Numbered from the stretch's first letter, positions 40,349-54,095 are shown. The stretch: DNA of 64,000 bases from Octopus vulgaris (GCA_951406725.2 OX597814.1:106392001-106456000); one strand, 5' to 3'. Numbers and translations are program-made. The notes: a model not told the origin generated them from the sequence alone.

Positions 40349-40975
40349 GATGGGATAGCGGAAAAAAAAACAAACGTTCGAAAAAAAACAAAAAAAACAA
40401 AAAACAAAAAATTATCGTATGAAAAAATAGAAAAAAAGGATAGCGAAAAAAGGGGAAAAAACAAACGTTCAAAAAGACAAAAAAATAATAATCGTATGAA
40501 AAAACTAGATAAGTAAGCGATAGGGGCATAAAAGACGGGGCAAACGGAAAAGGGAAAGAAAGAAGGGAAGCAGAGAGAGGGGGAGGCAAAAAGGGGGGTG
40601 CAGGCAGAGGAAACAGAGTATTGACATCCAGAGAGGGAAGAAAGACGGAAAGGAGAACAAAAATGCAGGAAAATGTGGAAAGCATGAAATGAATGTAAAA
40701 AAAGTGGTAATATATGAGAAAATAAAAATACAACAAACGGGACAGTTTATGCGAACAAGTTCAAGGTTGAAAGTTCAAGGTGAGAAATGTGTAGACGTCG
40801 TGGTATATTTTTTAAGGATTTCACATCAATGCAAAGTCACTTTGATCCGCGAAAGAGAGGTGCAGCCAATGGTAAGTATCCAAGAGGTAAAGAAAATCCA
40901 AGGTAGAGGTAAGTGTTGATAGTGGTATTGGTAGAATATAGGATGAAAGTGAGACCACGTGAGCGCATAATATAT

Positions 40976-41862
40976 AACGGGAAGCTTTATGAAAATAGAC
41001 AAAAGACGAAGGCAGGTGGAAAACAAACAAACAATTGTATTAGTATGGCGCTCAGGAAATATAAATAAAACAAGTCTTTAACGTTTCGAGCCTACGCTCT
41101 TCAACAGAAAGATACACAGAGAGAAAAAAACACAGAAAGGAGAGAAAAAAAATGCGTGCAGTAACTAACGAATCAACATGGCGATCTGATTTCGGCCAGA
41201 GGTCAAAGATCAAACATGAGACGCGAGAGCGAAATAAGGGGAGATAATAGGGTTGATAATAGGGTTGAATGACCCTAGGATAGGTCTGGACAGGCGTATG
41301 TATGGGGTTGGTGTATGTATTAGTATGTATTAGTATGTATTAGTACGTATTAGTATGTATAAGTGTGTGTGTGTGTGTATGAGAGAGTATAAGTGCGTAT
41401 AAGGGGTCTGGACGTGTGTATGTATAGGGTTGGTGTATGTATTAGTATGTATTAGTATGTATTAGTACGTATTAGTATGTATTAGTTGGTGTATGTATTA
41501 GTATGGCACATCATATATGATGTGATGTGTAAAGTCGTGTGGTGTAGTGAGGAGAAGAGGGGGGGAAGAAGAGGGGGAGAGGGGGAAGAGGAGAGGAGGG
41601 GGAGAGAGAGGAGGGGGAGGAGGAGGGGAAGGAGGAAAGAGGGGGAGGGGGAGAGAGAAGAGGGGTGAGGGAGCAGAGGGAAGAGGGAAGGAAGGAGGGA
41701 GAAAGAGGGAAGAAGGGAAGGGGAGTAGGGGTGAAAGGATGAAGGACTGAAGAAGTAGGGGTCGAGGGGGAAGGATAGGTGAGGAGGGGGAGAGGGGGGT
41801 TAGATGAGGAGGGGGGAGAGTTGAGACCAAATGGCGTATAAGAGCGAAGAGAGAAGATTAAT
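40976..41862 (-). repeat. 5' pseudo-LTR of the PLE (truncated upstream tandem copy)
   Basis: Near-identical to 36617-37511; homology stops at ...gagaagattaat inside the ORF C-terminal coding sequence. Confidence 0.95.
41074..41112 (-). ncRNA. Minimal type-I hammerhead ribozyme (second pLTR copy)
   Basis: Identical to the 36715-36753 motif. Confidence 0.8.
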
Positions 41863-42021
41863 ATCTTAGCAATGGCTGGTGAGAAAGTAGATGCATTTCT
41901 GCCGTATTGGGCTATTCAGTAACATGTACTCACAACCATGTTTGATATAATCGTATGCTTAAAAAAAGAGATATATATACATGTATATATATATATATAT
42001 GTATGTATGTGTGTGTGTGTG

Positions 42022-42182
42022 TACGACAGGCTTCTTGCAGTTTCCGTCTACCAAATCTACTTAGAAGGATTTGGTCGATCAGAATGTATAGTAGACACTA
42101 TACTATCCAAGGTGCCACACAATAGCACTGATCCCGGAACCATGTGCTTGGGAAGCAAATTTCTTACCTCACAGCCACGCCT
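42022..42182 (-). mobile_element. SINE type C 5' part
   Basis: tttccgtctaccaaatc...aaggtgccac...ggaaccatgtg. Confidence 0.75.
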
Positions 42183-43090
42183 ACCAAAATGTTTACCAAT
42201 CTCCTGTTTATACACACATACACACGCGCACGCATGCGCACACATTTTCCTGCAGTCATTTAAACTGAACTGAGGACCTCAGGGTCATGTGGATGTGACT
42301 ATAGCTAACCTGGACTCTGCACAACTCAAATTGTTCGTAACTTTCTACATGCCGCCATCTTGTCTGGACATAGAATCATTGGCTAACATTTATTTTCTTG
42401 TATTTCTTGTATTTCATTTTTCTTTTTTCTTTTTTTATTCTTTCGGTTTTTCAACTCCGTCACTTGGAACCAAAACCCAACGACGTTGCGGTGTGTGAAA
42501 CCAAACAAATGCATGTGGAATAACATATGCGTGAATAATGGGGAGTCTTGGCATGTTTTTGTCTCTGAACATTGCGATGGGTATTGTTTAATTAAGAAAG
42601 TACATGCTTAATCAAAGAATTTCTACTCATGTTACACAGGAAATTCCTCGACACAAATGAATGGCGTTATAACGTCAATACTTCCTATCGCCCTTTCTCC
42701 CTTTTCTCTCCCTTTCTCTCTTCTATATCTCTCCCTCTTTCTCAGCTTGTCTTTCTCTCTCTCTCATTCTCTTTGTCTTATTGTTTCACCTTGCCATTGA
42801 AACAAACACAACTATGGTACATACGTCTCTGTATAATGTACAGGAAATTGCTGAAGCAGAAGCAATAGAACAGGCGCTGAATGCGATGACAGATATCTTC
42901 ACATGAACAGATGTAGGCATTTATGAATGTACGGATCATTTACACACATCTGTCTGTCTACCTATCTATCTATCTATCATTCAATCTCTCTCTCTCTATC
43001 TATTTATCTATCTATCGGTCTATCTACCTATCTATCTATCTGTCCGTATATCTATCTAAATATCTATCTCTTTATGTCTGTATGTATGCG

Positions 43091-43141
<51 letters not shown>

Positions 43142-43159
43142 AAATATATATATACATAT

Positions 43160-43212
<53 letters not shown>

Positions 43213-43531
43213 GTATGTAAGTATGTATGTATGTATGTATGTAAGTATGTATGTATGTATGTATGTAAGTATGTATGTATGTATGTATGTATGTATGTAT
43301 GTATGTATGTATGTATATATATATATCCATCTCCATAGTCTTACCTTCTGCTGATGCTGTCTCTCTTCCATTTTGTTTAAAATGTACGCAATCGAATGCG
43401 TTAATTGTATTCTTGTAAGTTTTATCGATGTTTATATTTTTATTTTTTGGCAGGTCTGCATGCGTATGTGTGTGTACGTGTGTACATGTATACAGGTGCA
43501 CAACACACACACACACATGCAACACAGATAC

Positions 43532-43577
<46 letters not shown>

Positions 43578-43819
43578 GTAAAATTTTTTCACTTTCGTAT
43601 TTTGTGCTAAAACAAAACATCGACTCTATATTGAAAGTCGGTTGAGCCCCTTCTATGTAAATGTATGTGACATAAATTAGGGTTACTTTCAAATTTTCCT
43701 TCGACAGGGAGTCGACTAAAACCTCTCTTTATTATTCTTTTATTCATTTAGTAGTTTTAGTCGTAGGACTACGGCCATACTGGAACCCTGTTGTAATTTA
43801 TCTTCTATCAGTTCTGTTG

Positions 43820-44130
43820 TCACTTTATGGCTGAAAGCTTGGTCTATGATTGAGTTTGTAGCAACTGATCTTCCCTGAGTGTGTCCTTGAATGCTTGGAT
43901 GGTTCGATATCATCTTTAGGGGTTTCTCCAGTGTTTCAGTAGAGATTCCTTTTATATTTCTGATGTCTTCAAGTAAGCAGTTGAAAAATTGAGGACCTCT
44001 AAATATTAAGCTGGTACAGTAGAGTGTTTTTCGAAGGTGATATATTTGGAAGCTGACGGTATCTGCCAGTTTACGGATATGTGGAGAGGCCATGATTAGC
44101 CAAAGCATCGAATATATCACACATCTGTCT
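43820..44130 (-). mobile_element. CR1/L2-group LINE ORF2 C-terminal remnant
   Basis: SLIFRGPQFFNCLLEDIRNI...ATNSIIDQ. Confidence 0.6.
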
Positions 44131-46672
44131 CGCTGACCAAATATACTTACTAACATGTTTACATACGTTAATATGTGGAGGTATAGGTGTATGCGTACGT
44201 AGGAACATACACAAGCATGTGCGTTTGTGTGTGTGCGTGTTGAATCATTGGTGTAAACTTGATGTTCTGGTGATCTGATGGGCTGGCTTTCTTTATCTGC
44301 TTTGAATTGTAAATGCATGATATAATGCGTAGCATGCATATTAATGTCGAGCCGTACACATAATTTATTTTATAATGAAAATATTATTACACGAAGAAGG
44401 CAGCGAAACGGCTGTAATCCTAAGTATAGCGAGTGGTTAAATAAATCTGTTCACTTGTCATACCTTCTGACATGTTATAGGTTATACTCTTCCTAATGGA
44501 TTTCAGCTGCATAGAACTGCGCATTATATTCCTTGGGATTGGATTACTAAGTGGTGTGGATGGCTGTGAGAACATCTTTTTCCCTTCGTAAGGATCATAT
44601 CGACCGTGATTGGGAACCTCTGGCCTATAGCTTACTTATCATGCGATTTCTGCATTCGACTTCACCCTACAGACATCCAAATAGAATTACTAAATTTATT
44701 TTTTATAGAGAAGCATCAAATCATAAAGCAACATATTATACTTTTCTATTATCTTTTCCATATCCAAAATTATAATAAAAAATATTTACTCTACACATCA
44801 TATTGAGTACTCCGTATTTTGTTCGAGATATGATTTGTACACGTAATATAATGTAGTTCTTCTTCACAGTTGATCACCGTTCAAGACCCAGGACAACAGT
44901 TGTAAATGACTTTGTAACAAAGGCATTGAAATTACTGATCGATTAAAGTGACATTTTCAACAAATAGACCCTCTTATAATGATTTCAAATTTTGGCACGA
45001 GGCCAGCAATTTTGGGGGAGGGAATAATCGATTACAGCGACCTCCAGTGCTCGACTTATCTTATCGACCTTGTGGTATGAAAATTAAAGTCGGCCTCGAG
45101 ACATCTTGAACTCAGAACGAAAATACGGATGAAATGATGCTAAGCATTTTGTCCGGCATGCTAAAATTGTGCCAACTCATCGCCTCGATAATCCTCTTAT
45201 ATAAAACAATGGATTCAAAGGTGATATCTAATTTACAACTCGACAAACACACTCTTTCAAAATTGGAAAGATTAATATAAGTCCTAATGTTCTTTTAATA
45301 TCAATTCTGGTATCGCCAGAAATGTTTAGTACATATTAATAAATGTTTGCCTTTCGAACAAAGTCCGAACATTGTTTATTAAATATAATATTAATGTTAG
45401 TTTTAGCGGACAACCACCAGAGAAATATTTTAACCTTTTAAAGTCAGTCAACGATTGCAAACAATGCAACATGTAATTCCCGAAGTAAAAAACCTTAAGT
45501 ACGGTCCATGTAAAACTGATTTAGTTATTCAAAGAGTCAGAGTCTCTTGCACTGGAATTTCTACGATACCACACTGCCATTAGGTAACTTCATAAGAGAA
45601 GATGAATTCAAACAACGCTACTAAATAATTCTCGCTCCCTTAGAAAGAACGGCAACTTAAATGCTACAGGTTTGCTCAATTGTCTGTAGTAGCTGCAAAC
45701 AGGAATTTGGCGATAGCAGCAAACACCATGCTACTATGTCTGATGATGTTAAATTTTCCACTGCAGAATAACATCATATCTTAAAACACTTTTACGCATT
45801 CTCTAGACTACTGTAATAAAATTTCTGAAATGTTATACTTGTGCATGTACTGCTCACATACAAATAAAATGTATCTGGTTTTCTGTGAGGTTTACTTTAT
45901 TGATTATAGCAAACCATATAATATTATGCAGGATAATGCTAACCCTGCATTGCAAAAATATGCCATATCTGGAGTACTCTAATGTATTCTTCAAGCTACT
46001 GCAAGAGAAGCTTAGAAATTATATGCATGTAAAAGCGTTTGTATATGTATGTATGCATGTATGTATGTATGTATGTATGTATGTATGTATGTATGTATAT
46101 GTGTGTATGTGTATGTATGTATGTATGTATGTATGTATGTATGTATGTATGTATGTATGTGTATGCGTGTATGTATGTGATTTTCTTTGTGATTTAATTT
46201 AAAGTATTTCTTTATATTTGAAGTTCCCCACAGAATTCAAGGCAGTCACAAAAAAATTTATGATGTTCTGTTTGTTTGAAATATAAATATATATATATGT
46301 ATATAGGTTATAAAGTGAGATAGGGGTTGAAAATTCAACCCACCATGGGATAATATATATCCAATATACTGCCAGATAGGTACCCAACAAGATTAATACA
46401 TAGATGTTAAAAATTGTCAAACAATCAGTTCATCAAATGTATTATATGGGTAAAGGTAATAATATTACCGTAAATTAATACTACAAAATTAGAGAATGGA
46501 GAAACATACTTAAATCAATAAAACATCAACTATCCGATGATACCCAATCAATACTTTAATACACCATTACATATGAGTAGAGGCATTATACAAAAAGAGA
46601 TATACATTAATAGTAAAAAGATAAAGAGATATAAGTAAAAATTTCAAATATAATATGCAATTAATCAAAACT

Positions 46673-46776
46673 GACAGCTGTTTCGGCAGTGAGGGCAGTC
46701 ATACCTCATTTAACCTATAAGCCATAAAGGCAGGTATAAATGAGGCATTAACAAGGATGCCCCACGGCCTCTTCAG
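46673..46776 (-). ncRNA. Hammerhead ribozyme, inverted copy of 47320-47423
   Basis: Reverse complement of the right-arm motif. Confidence 0.85.
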
Positions 46777-46927
46777 AGAATTAAATTAAATTTGTTATAA
46801 TTGTGAAAAATATTATATAATCATATACATATAAATATAAAAATATAAAAATGTAAAATATAAAAACTTATACATCATAATGCTACCGTTATTGAAAGGA
46901 TGGACTTTGTGCAAACTTAACTGTATC

Positions 46928-46970
<43 letters not shown>

Positions 46971-47319
46971 ATTAATAGTAATTTTTATTAACTTTTATAG
47001 CTTTAGAATTTTATGAACTGAACCATGGTTTTAATTATTATTTTTCATCTCCCTATGTGTTAGGTTTTTTTTTAAAAAATATTAGCCAAATATGTATAAT
47101 ATCGGTACTTATTAATATTAATATTAATATATACACTGATATATATTTTGTTTTATTTTGTTCTGTTTACCTTCCTTTATTGTACCAATGTGTATTATAT
47201 TATATAAGTGTAGCATTATGATGTATAAGTTTTTATATTTTACATTTTTATATTTTTATATTTATATGTATATGATTATATAATATTTTTCACAATTATA
47301 ACAAATTTAATTTAATTCT

Positions 47320-47423
47320 CTGAAGAGGCCGTGGGGCATCCTTGTTAATGCCTCATTTATACCTGCCTTTATGGCTTATAGGTTAAATGAGGTATGACTG
47401 CCCTCACTGCCGAAACAGCTGTC
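47320..47423 (+). ncRNA. Hammerhead ribozyme with ~85-nt stem II
   Basis: CUGAAGA-GGC...(GUG.GGCA / UGCC.CAC; GCCUCAUUUA / UAAAUGAGGU)...GCC-GAA-ACAGCUGU-C. Confidence 0.85.
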
Positions 47424-47624
47424 AGTTTTGATTAATTGCATATTATATTTGAAATTTTTTACTTATATCTCTTTATCTTTTTACTATTAATGTATATCTC
47501 TTTTTGTATAATGCCTCTACTCATATGTAATGGTGTATTAAAGTATTGATTGGGTATCATCGGATAGTTGATGTTTTATTGATTTAAGTATGTTTCTCCA
47601 TTCTCTAATTTTGTAATATATATG

Positions 47625-47685
<61 letters not shown>

Positions 47686-48457
47686 CTACATATATATTTC
47701 AAATCTTGTTTGCTTTTTCCTTTTATGTGAATGTATCTTCCTTTCACACCACACCTTTCAACGTATCAATGCCTCTTTTTTTTTCCATTTCTCATTGTTT
47801 CATCTCTCGCTCATTAGATTTTCTTCATCCTCCTCCTACCCCCTCTCTCTCTCATTCTCTCTTTCATTTTCTCTCTCTCTCTCACACTCTCACCCTCTAC
47901 ACACATATGCACCCTTTTCATACACTTCACTTTTCTCTTTTAGCCATACTTCTCAATTTCCATACACTGACCCCTACCCATTTACCTCTGACAGCCATAA
48001 ATCCTCACTCACATTCATAATCCTCGTATCGCCCTTTGTCCCTTTTACCGATGCTAACCATTTCCTCACTCACTGATAGTCTTCCACCCACAAGGAATTG
48101 GTATCACATTGACACCAACATAATGTTTGTTAGGTTCGTGTTTTTGTCCTCCACCCACCCCACCTTTAATGTGTATATTTATCTAACGGAGGCCCGGATC
48201 ACGCTTGGTAGGACGCAGCCGGAAGAATTTGCTGAGACATTTCAAAACAATCACGTGATGGTAATCCACCATTCCTTCGTGTGGCGATGTTTCTCAGTTC
48301 TTGGTGGACAGGATTCCACAAATATTTCATCTGTTCAATATATTGAACATAACATATGCAAAATAAATATTTATAAATTCCTGTTTGCGTAGAGAATCCA
48401 TCGAACGAGATCTAAATATACAATGTAATATATAGGTATGTGAGTGTGTGCCTGTGC

Positions 48458-48499
<42 letters not shown>

Positions 48500-48550
48500 C
48501 TGAAACATGTGTATGTAGTATATGCATATATACTACTATGTATGTATATG

Positions 48551-48595
<45 letters not shown>

Positions 48596-49013
48596 ACGTA
48601 TGTATATGTATATACATATATATATGTATATGTATATATAAAAGAAACATTGGTTATAGAACAAACATTAAATTCGAGTCAACGACTTTATATATAACAC
48701 CAAACCTGAAAGATTTAATCACATATATCAATGAGTTTAAAACTCATTATTTTTTTTTAAATATACATGTACATAAAAACAAAGAACGTAAAAATATATA
48801 TTCGAATAAAATACAAATAGAACGGCCTATCAAAGGTAAATATAAACGACTAAAAATTCGTAAATTGCCAAACTAATAGATAAAGATAGAGTAAATGTCT
48901 AAGGACTAAAAAATTTTTATCAAACGGTTAAAAATATTTTTTTAAATATTTTTTTAATATTTGAAAAAAGCCTTTTTACTCCCCTCACACAAAAAGAGAC
49001 AAATATTATTTAT

Positions 49014-49046
<33 letters not shown>

Positions 49047-49164
49047 TAATAGTTATCGCTAACCTAACATGGCAGTCCAGATAAATAGGACGAATACTAC
49101 CGTTGATTAGCTTCAAGAGGCCCTTGCCTCTAGCTAGCTATTTGACACAAACCTGTGTCCATTA

Positions 49165-49801
49165 TAACCTGTGTTATTTTCTCGGACGAGTTATCCTTTA
49201 CCATATTTCCGACCACTGGCCGAGTATACATGTGGAGACAGCCAAAAGAAGCGTTTGACCCAGACTGCCTTCTTCCAACTGTTAAACATGGAGGAGGATC
49301 TGTGATGATCTGGATGAGGGCTATATCTTGGAAATCCGCCGGCCCAATGGTTTCCCTTCATGACAGAATTAATAGTCAAAACTATTTAAGCATTTTATCT
49401 AATCAAATTCATCCTATGGTTGTGAAACTGTTTCTGGGGACGGATGATAATGCACCAATTCACACAGCTAAAGTTGTTACTAAATGGCACGAGGAGCATT
49501 CTAGTTAAGTTGAAAATCTTATCTGGCCACCACACTCCCCAGATCTCAATATTATTGAACATTTATGGTGCATTTTAGAAAAACAAGTAAGGAGTCGATA
49601 TCTTCCAACGTCATCACTACACGAAGTGGAGACTGTTTTAGCTGAAGAATGGACAAAAATTCATTTGGAAACAATTCAAACTTTGTACGAGTCCATACGT
49701 CGTAGAATTCAAACTAATTGCTGCCAAAGGCTGTCCTACCCCATATTAAAATAAAATTGCTTGAAATTTTAAGGTGTTTCCATTATTTTATCCAACCCCT
49801 G
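49165..49801 (+). mobile_element. Tc1 transposon 3' half
   Basis: VIFSDE..VYMWR..PTVKHGGGSVMIW..DDNAPIH..WPPHSPDLNIIEHLW; ends in TIR-like ...ttatccaacccctg|TA. Confidence 0.9.
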
Positions 49802-49922
49802 TATAGATATTAATATTAATAGATGAAACTTACACTGAATACAAACGACAGAGAAAATTAATTGGGTGGAAGAAAGACAGACAGAGAGACAAACAGATAC
49901 ACTGACAGACAGACTGACAAAC

Positions 49923-49961
<39 letters not shown>

Positions 49962-52009
49962 GATTATACGTTACACATATGCAAATACCTTTAAATATAA
50001 GTATTTAAAGATAAAGATATGCATGCACATGTGCACGTATGCATGCACACGCACACATACACACGCGAACAAGCACATACTCACACACGCGTGCAAACAC
50101 CTCAAACACACACACGTGTGTGGTGGGAAGGGTTTGGCTGGGCGTGTATCTATATAAATATACATATGTTTGCACGCACTCAAATATATATTGTTGACAG
50201 TCCATCATCGGACTTTGATGTGTTTTAGTAAATATTTTTTGAGAAAGAAGTTAATAACGTTTGTTGTTTGTATGCTTTTATAATCTGACAACGATTCACC
50301 TTTTTTTTTATTTCTATTAAGCGGTCTGGAATAATTCAGAAGATATTAAATCTTTGTGTGTCTAGTAATCGAGATTCTTGCTGCGACGTCTTTAATTCTG
50401 TTGTTACATTTTTCAGCGAAATTTAACTTCAAAATGAAATATAAAACTCGCATGCAATCAGCTGCAATAATGTACAAAGTGGCCATCTACATTTAATTCG
50501 ATGTTAACCATTGGGTAGACAGCAGTTGTCTAATGTTTAACAGTAACAACTAGATATGCCGTAAACAGCGCGGATGAGAGGGACGAAATTGGTTTTAAAA
50601 TTTCAAAGATTATGAGAAGTATTATTCTGTTATTTAACTAAATCGATATTTACAAGTTGATCAAACAATTCCGTAAAATCTTCTCCAATTCTTAGTTACA
50701 CTCACGCGACGATGGAACATGAGTCTCGTCGGTTCAAATGTTAACTAAATGCAATCCGAAATACACTAACGCTGACTGTTACACAAATCGGATTAGATTT
50801 GGTGTGAATCATTCAACAAATTAATGAAGAAAAAACATTATTAGTTACAAAAATCCCATATTTTATGTCTGGAATAACAGAGAGAATGATACGTAAATAC
50901 AGTTGATGATACTCGTATGCATGAGGGACGTCTGCCTTGTTCGCAAAGTAGAAAGATGACAGATTTGTAATATTTATAGACTTTAAACTTTCTTTCATTT
51001 CTGTTTGGAATACTTTTTTGATTCGCAGTTGCGTAATGGAGATGTTTGCAGAAATGTGGTAACCCTCAATGGTGCAAAGGTTTTAGGGATATTATTCTAT
51101 TTAAATTGATTAGCTTCAGATAGCATGCTGGGTATAATATATGTTACTGAATTTATTCCTTAACAACCAGATGTTTGAAGCAAAAACGTTTGCTAGTTTC
51201 AATTGTGTTTTTTTTTTTAGAGGAATGCACGATGTAGTGCCTCGTTGTAACGCCTCGATGAAGCATCTCGATGTGACGCCTCTATGTGGTTTAAATGGAT
51301 TTGCAGTCATTCCGAGTTATAGCTGGTAGGAACTAAACCGTTGTATGCAATAGTTTAAATGACACAGTAAAATATTAAAGAACACATATTATAAAGGAAC
51401 AATTGCACCGATTTGTATTTTGTTGGTTGATGGTTTCGTTATGTTTACGAACTTTATATTTTAATATGCTAAATTTCAGATAAAGTTTTTAGTAGTTGAA
51501 TACGAAAGTTTTATAGAATGTTTATTAAATATTTATTATAAATATGGTCTAAGGAGAAATGATTCATAAGAGCCAATGTTACTGTGACAGTAATATTAAT
51601 CGGATGTAAGTACCAGTAGAATTATTTAATATTTGAATATATTTCGAAAGAATATGTAAGAGTAATTGAGAATATGCTTACCATCATTTTTTCGAAAATC
51701 GCCTGATATTCATAAAGAAAACGGTTGTTCGAACTTCACTTTTTTCCAATTAAAGTATTGTGTATGTGTGTGTATATGTGTGTGTGCGTGTGTGCGTGTA
51801 TGTGTATGTGCGTGCGTTTGTGTGTGTGTGTTCGTGTATGTGTTCGTATGTGTGTGTGTGCGTGCGCTTGTATATTCGCGTGTGTGTGTGTTTGTGTGTA
51901 CATGTATGTGTGTGCCCTAGCTTCAAAAATGAAAGCTTTATAAACTCTATATATCTTTACATGGATAGATACATACAACCTAACTGAACTGGCACCGACG
52001 CCCTTCTGG

Positions 52010-52500
52010 ATATCAAAAAGTTTGTCTATCTTGGCAGCATCTTGTCAAAGATGCGTGCAACAAAGAAGGATGTGAGGTCCAGCACCGACAAGATCTGGTA
52101 TGTATTCAACAGTCTTCAGAGTGTTTGGAATTTCGAAGCCATCTCCTTCAAGATAAACAATGTGAAGACCGTTCTTCTTTAAGAGTAAGAAACTTGGAAG
52201 GTCACCGAAAACCATAAAGAGTTAGCTACAGACTTTCTTCAGCACACGTCTGTGCAACATCCTCAAGATGTAGTGGCCGGACAAAATTTCAGACAGATGT
52301 CTGTGGAACAGAGCGAACCAAACTCCAATAAATCAAGTAATTGTGAAAAGGAAAGGGGGCTGGATTGTTCATTCTCTAAGGAGACCTTCAAGCATTATTA
52401 CAAGACAAGTGTTAAACTAGCAAGTTGAAGGAAAGTAGGGAGTTGGACGAACTAAAAAGGAAGCTTGGAGGCTGGAGTGAAAGCAATCAGTCTCTCTTGC
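52010..52500 (+). mobile_element. RTE-clade LINE remnant
   Basis: KFVYLGSILS, NVKTVLL*E*ETWKVT, NILKM*WPDKIS..LWNRANQ, KRKGGWIVHSLRR. Confidence 0.8.
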
Positions 52501-53162
52501 TCTGAAACCAAGGAGCTTGACCAAGATGGCGTCCAAGATTCGCCTATCGACTGCAAACCACCATTTTTAACCAACTTGGGAGGAAATCTGTGAATATCTT
52601 CCATCGTTCTTCATTTTTCAATTTCAGTCTTGTTTTACTTCTCAAAAGCTGCCTTCAGTCTCTTCATCTGTTTTACTCCATCTTCTTTTTTCCCTCCTCC
52701 TTTTATCCTCCTCCTCCTCTTCCTTTATTCTCTTCTTTTTCTCCTCCTCTTTTTCTCCTCTCCTCTCCTCCTTCTCCTTCTCCTCCTTTTCTTTCTTCTT
52801 TTCTTCTTTTTCTCTACTCTTTTTTTCTCCTCCTCCTTTTTCTTCTCTTCTTTATGTCCCCCTCTTTCTTCTTCTATTCTTTTTCTCCTCCTCCTCCTCT
52901 TCTTTCGTCTTGTCTTCTTCATTTTCTTCTTTCTGGTCTTTCATCTTGTCCCCTTTTATTTTTGTCTTTTAAAATTCCCCCTTCAACCTCTTTTTCCTTT
53001 TATTGCCTCCACAGTGTATTGTGAACGAAACCAGGGACGGAAACAATTTGGGATTTTCCATGGACACACAAAGATTATGACGCTCCATCGCTTCCGAAAT
53101 TGCGAACATTAGTGTCAACAAACATCTTGACACGACTTGCCTTAAATTTTTTTTCAATAGAG

Positions 53163-53351
53163 TGGAGGCGTTACATCGAGACGCCACGCCGAGGCGCTAT
53201 ATCGAGGCGCCACATCGAGACGCTACATCGAGGCGCTACATCGAGACGCTACGCTGAGGCGCTACATCGAGGCGCTACATAGAGGCGTCACATAGAGGTG
53301 CCACATCGAGATGCTTCATCGAGGCGTTACAACGAGGCACTACATCGAGGC
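53163..53351. repeat. 13-bp CpG-rich minisatellite (gaggcgctacatc, ~14 units)
   Basis: Visible periodicity. Confidence 0.9.
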
Positions 53352-53462
53352 TGGTAGAGACGTTGCGGATATTACGCATGATGGTATTTCAAGTCATTCT
53401 TTTAATAGTCAGTGATTGGCTACCAGCAACACGAGTAGACAGCCATCAGATACAGGTAGGTA

Positions 53463-53530
<68 letters not shown>

Positions 53531-53709
53531 TACATGATCAGATAGAAGATAGATTTGAGTTATGTATAGAAATCGATTTAATTTCTCTCTAAAATATTCT
53601 ACAGTTGTACAAGAAACACATTAACGTTTCACCTCTAACTTTTCACAGCACTTGTTCTAATTCCGTAATATAGCATCGAAGCCAAATTTGCAGATATTGC
53701 CTGCTCATA

Positions 53710-53775
53710 TGTCTGTCTGTCTGACTGTCTATCTATCTATCTACCTATCTATCTATCTATCTATCTATCTATCTG

Positions 53776-53817
<42 letters not shown>

Positions 53818-53875
53818 CATCTATCTATTTATCTATCTACCTACTTATCTATCTATCTATCTACCTATATATCTG

Positions 53876-53923
<48 letters not shown>

Positions 53924-54049
53924 CCTATCTATCTCTCTCACTCTCTCTATCTATCTATCTATCTATCTATCAATCTACCTACCTACCTATTTATCTATCT
54001 ATCTATCTACCTATCTATCTGTCTATCCATCTATCTACCTACCTACCTG

Positions 54050-54095
<46 letters not shown>

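Larger units (their letters stand above)
36617..41862 (-). mobile_element. Penelope-like retroelement (Neptune-type), partial-tandem structure with two direct pLTRs
   Basis: RT+GIY-YIG ORF between ~890-bp direct repeats (36617-37511 and 40976-41862). The repeats include the ORF C-terminus and an HHR motif. The 3' end abuts a (TA)n tract at 36580-36616. Confidence 0.95.
46482..47615. mobile_element. Fold-back element: ~405-bp near-perfect inverted arms (46482-46886 / 47210-47615), each carrying an HHR
   Basis: Arms are reverse complements with a ~323-bp AT-rich spacer; the right end abuts (TA)n. Confidence 0.9.

Noticed and set aside
36617-41862. LTR retrotransposon
   Set aside because: The repeats lack TG...CA ends and PBS/gag/integrase, and they overlap the ORF end; the protein is PLE-type.
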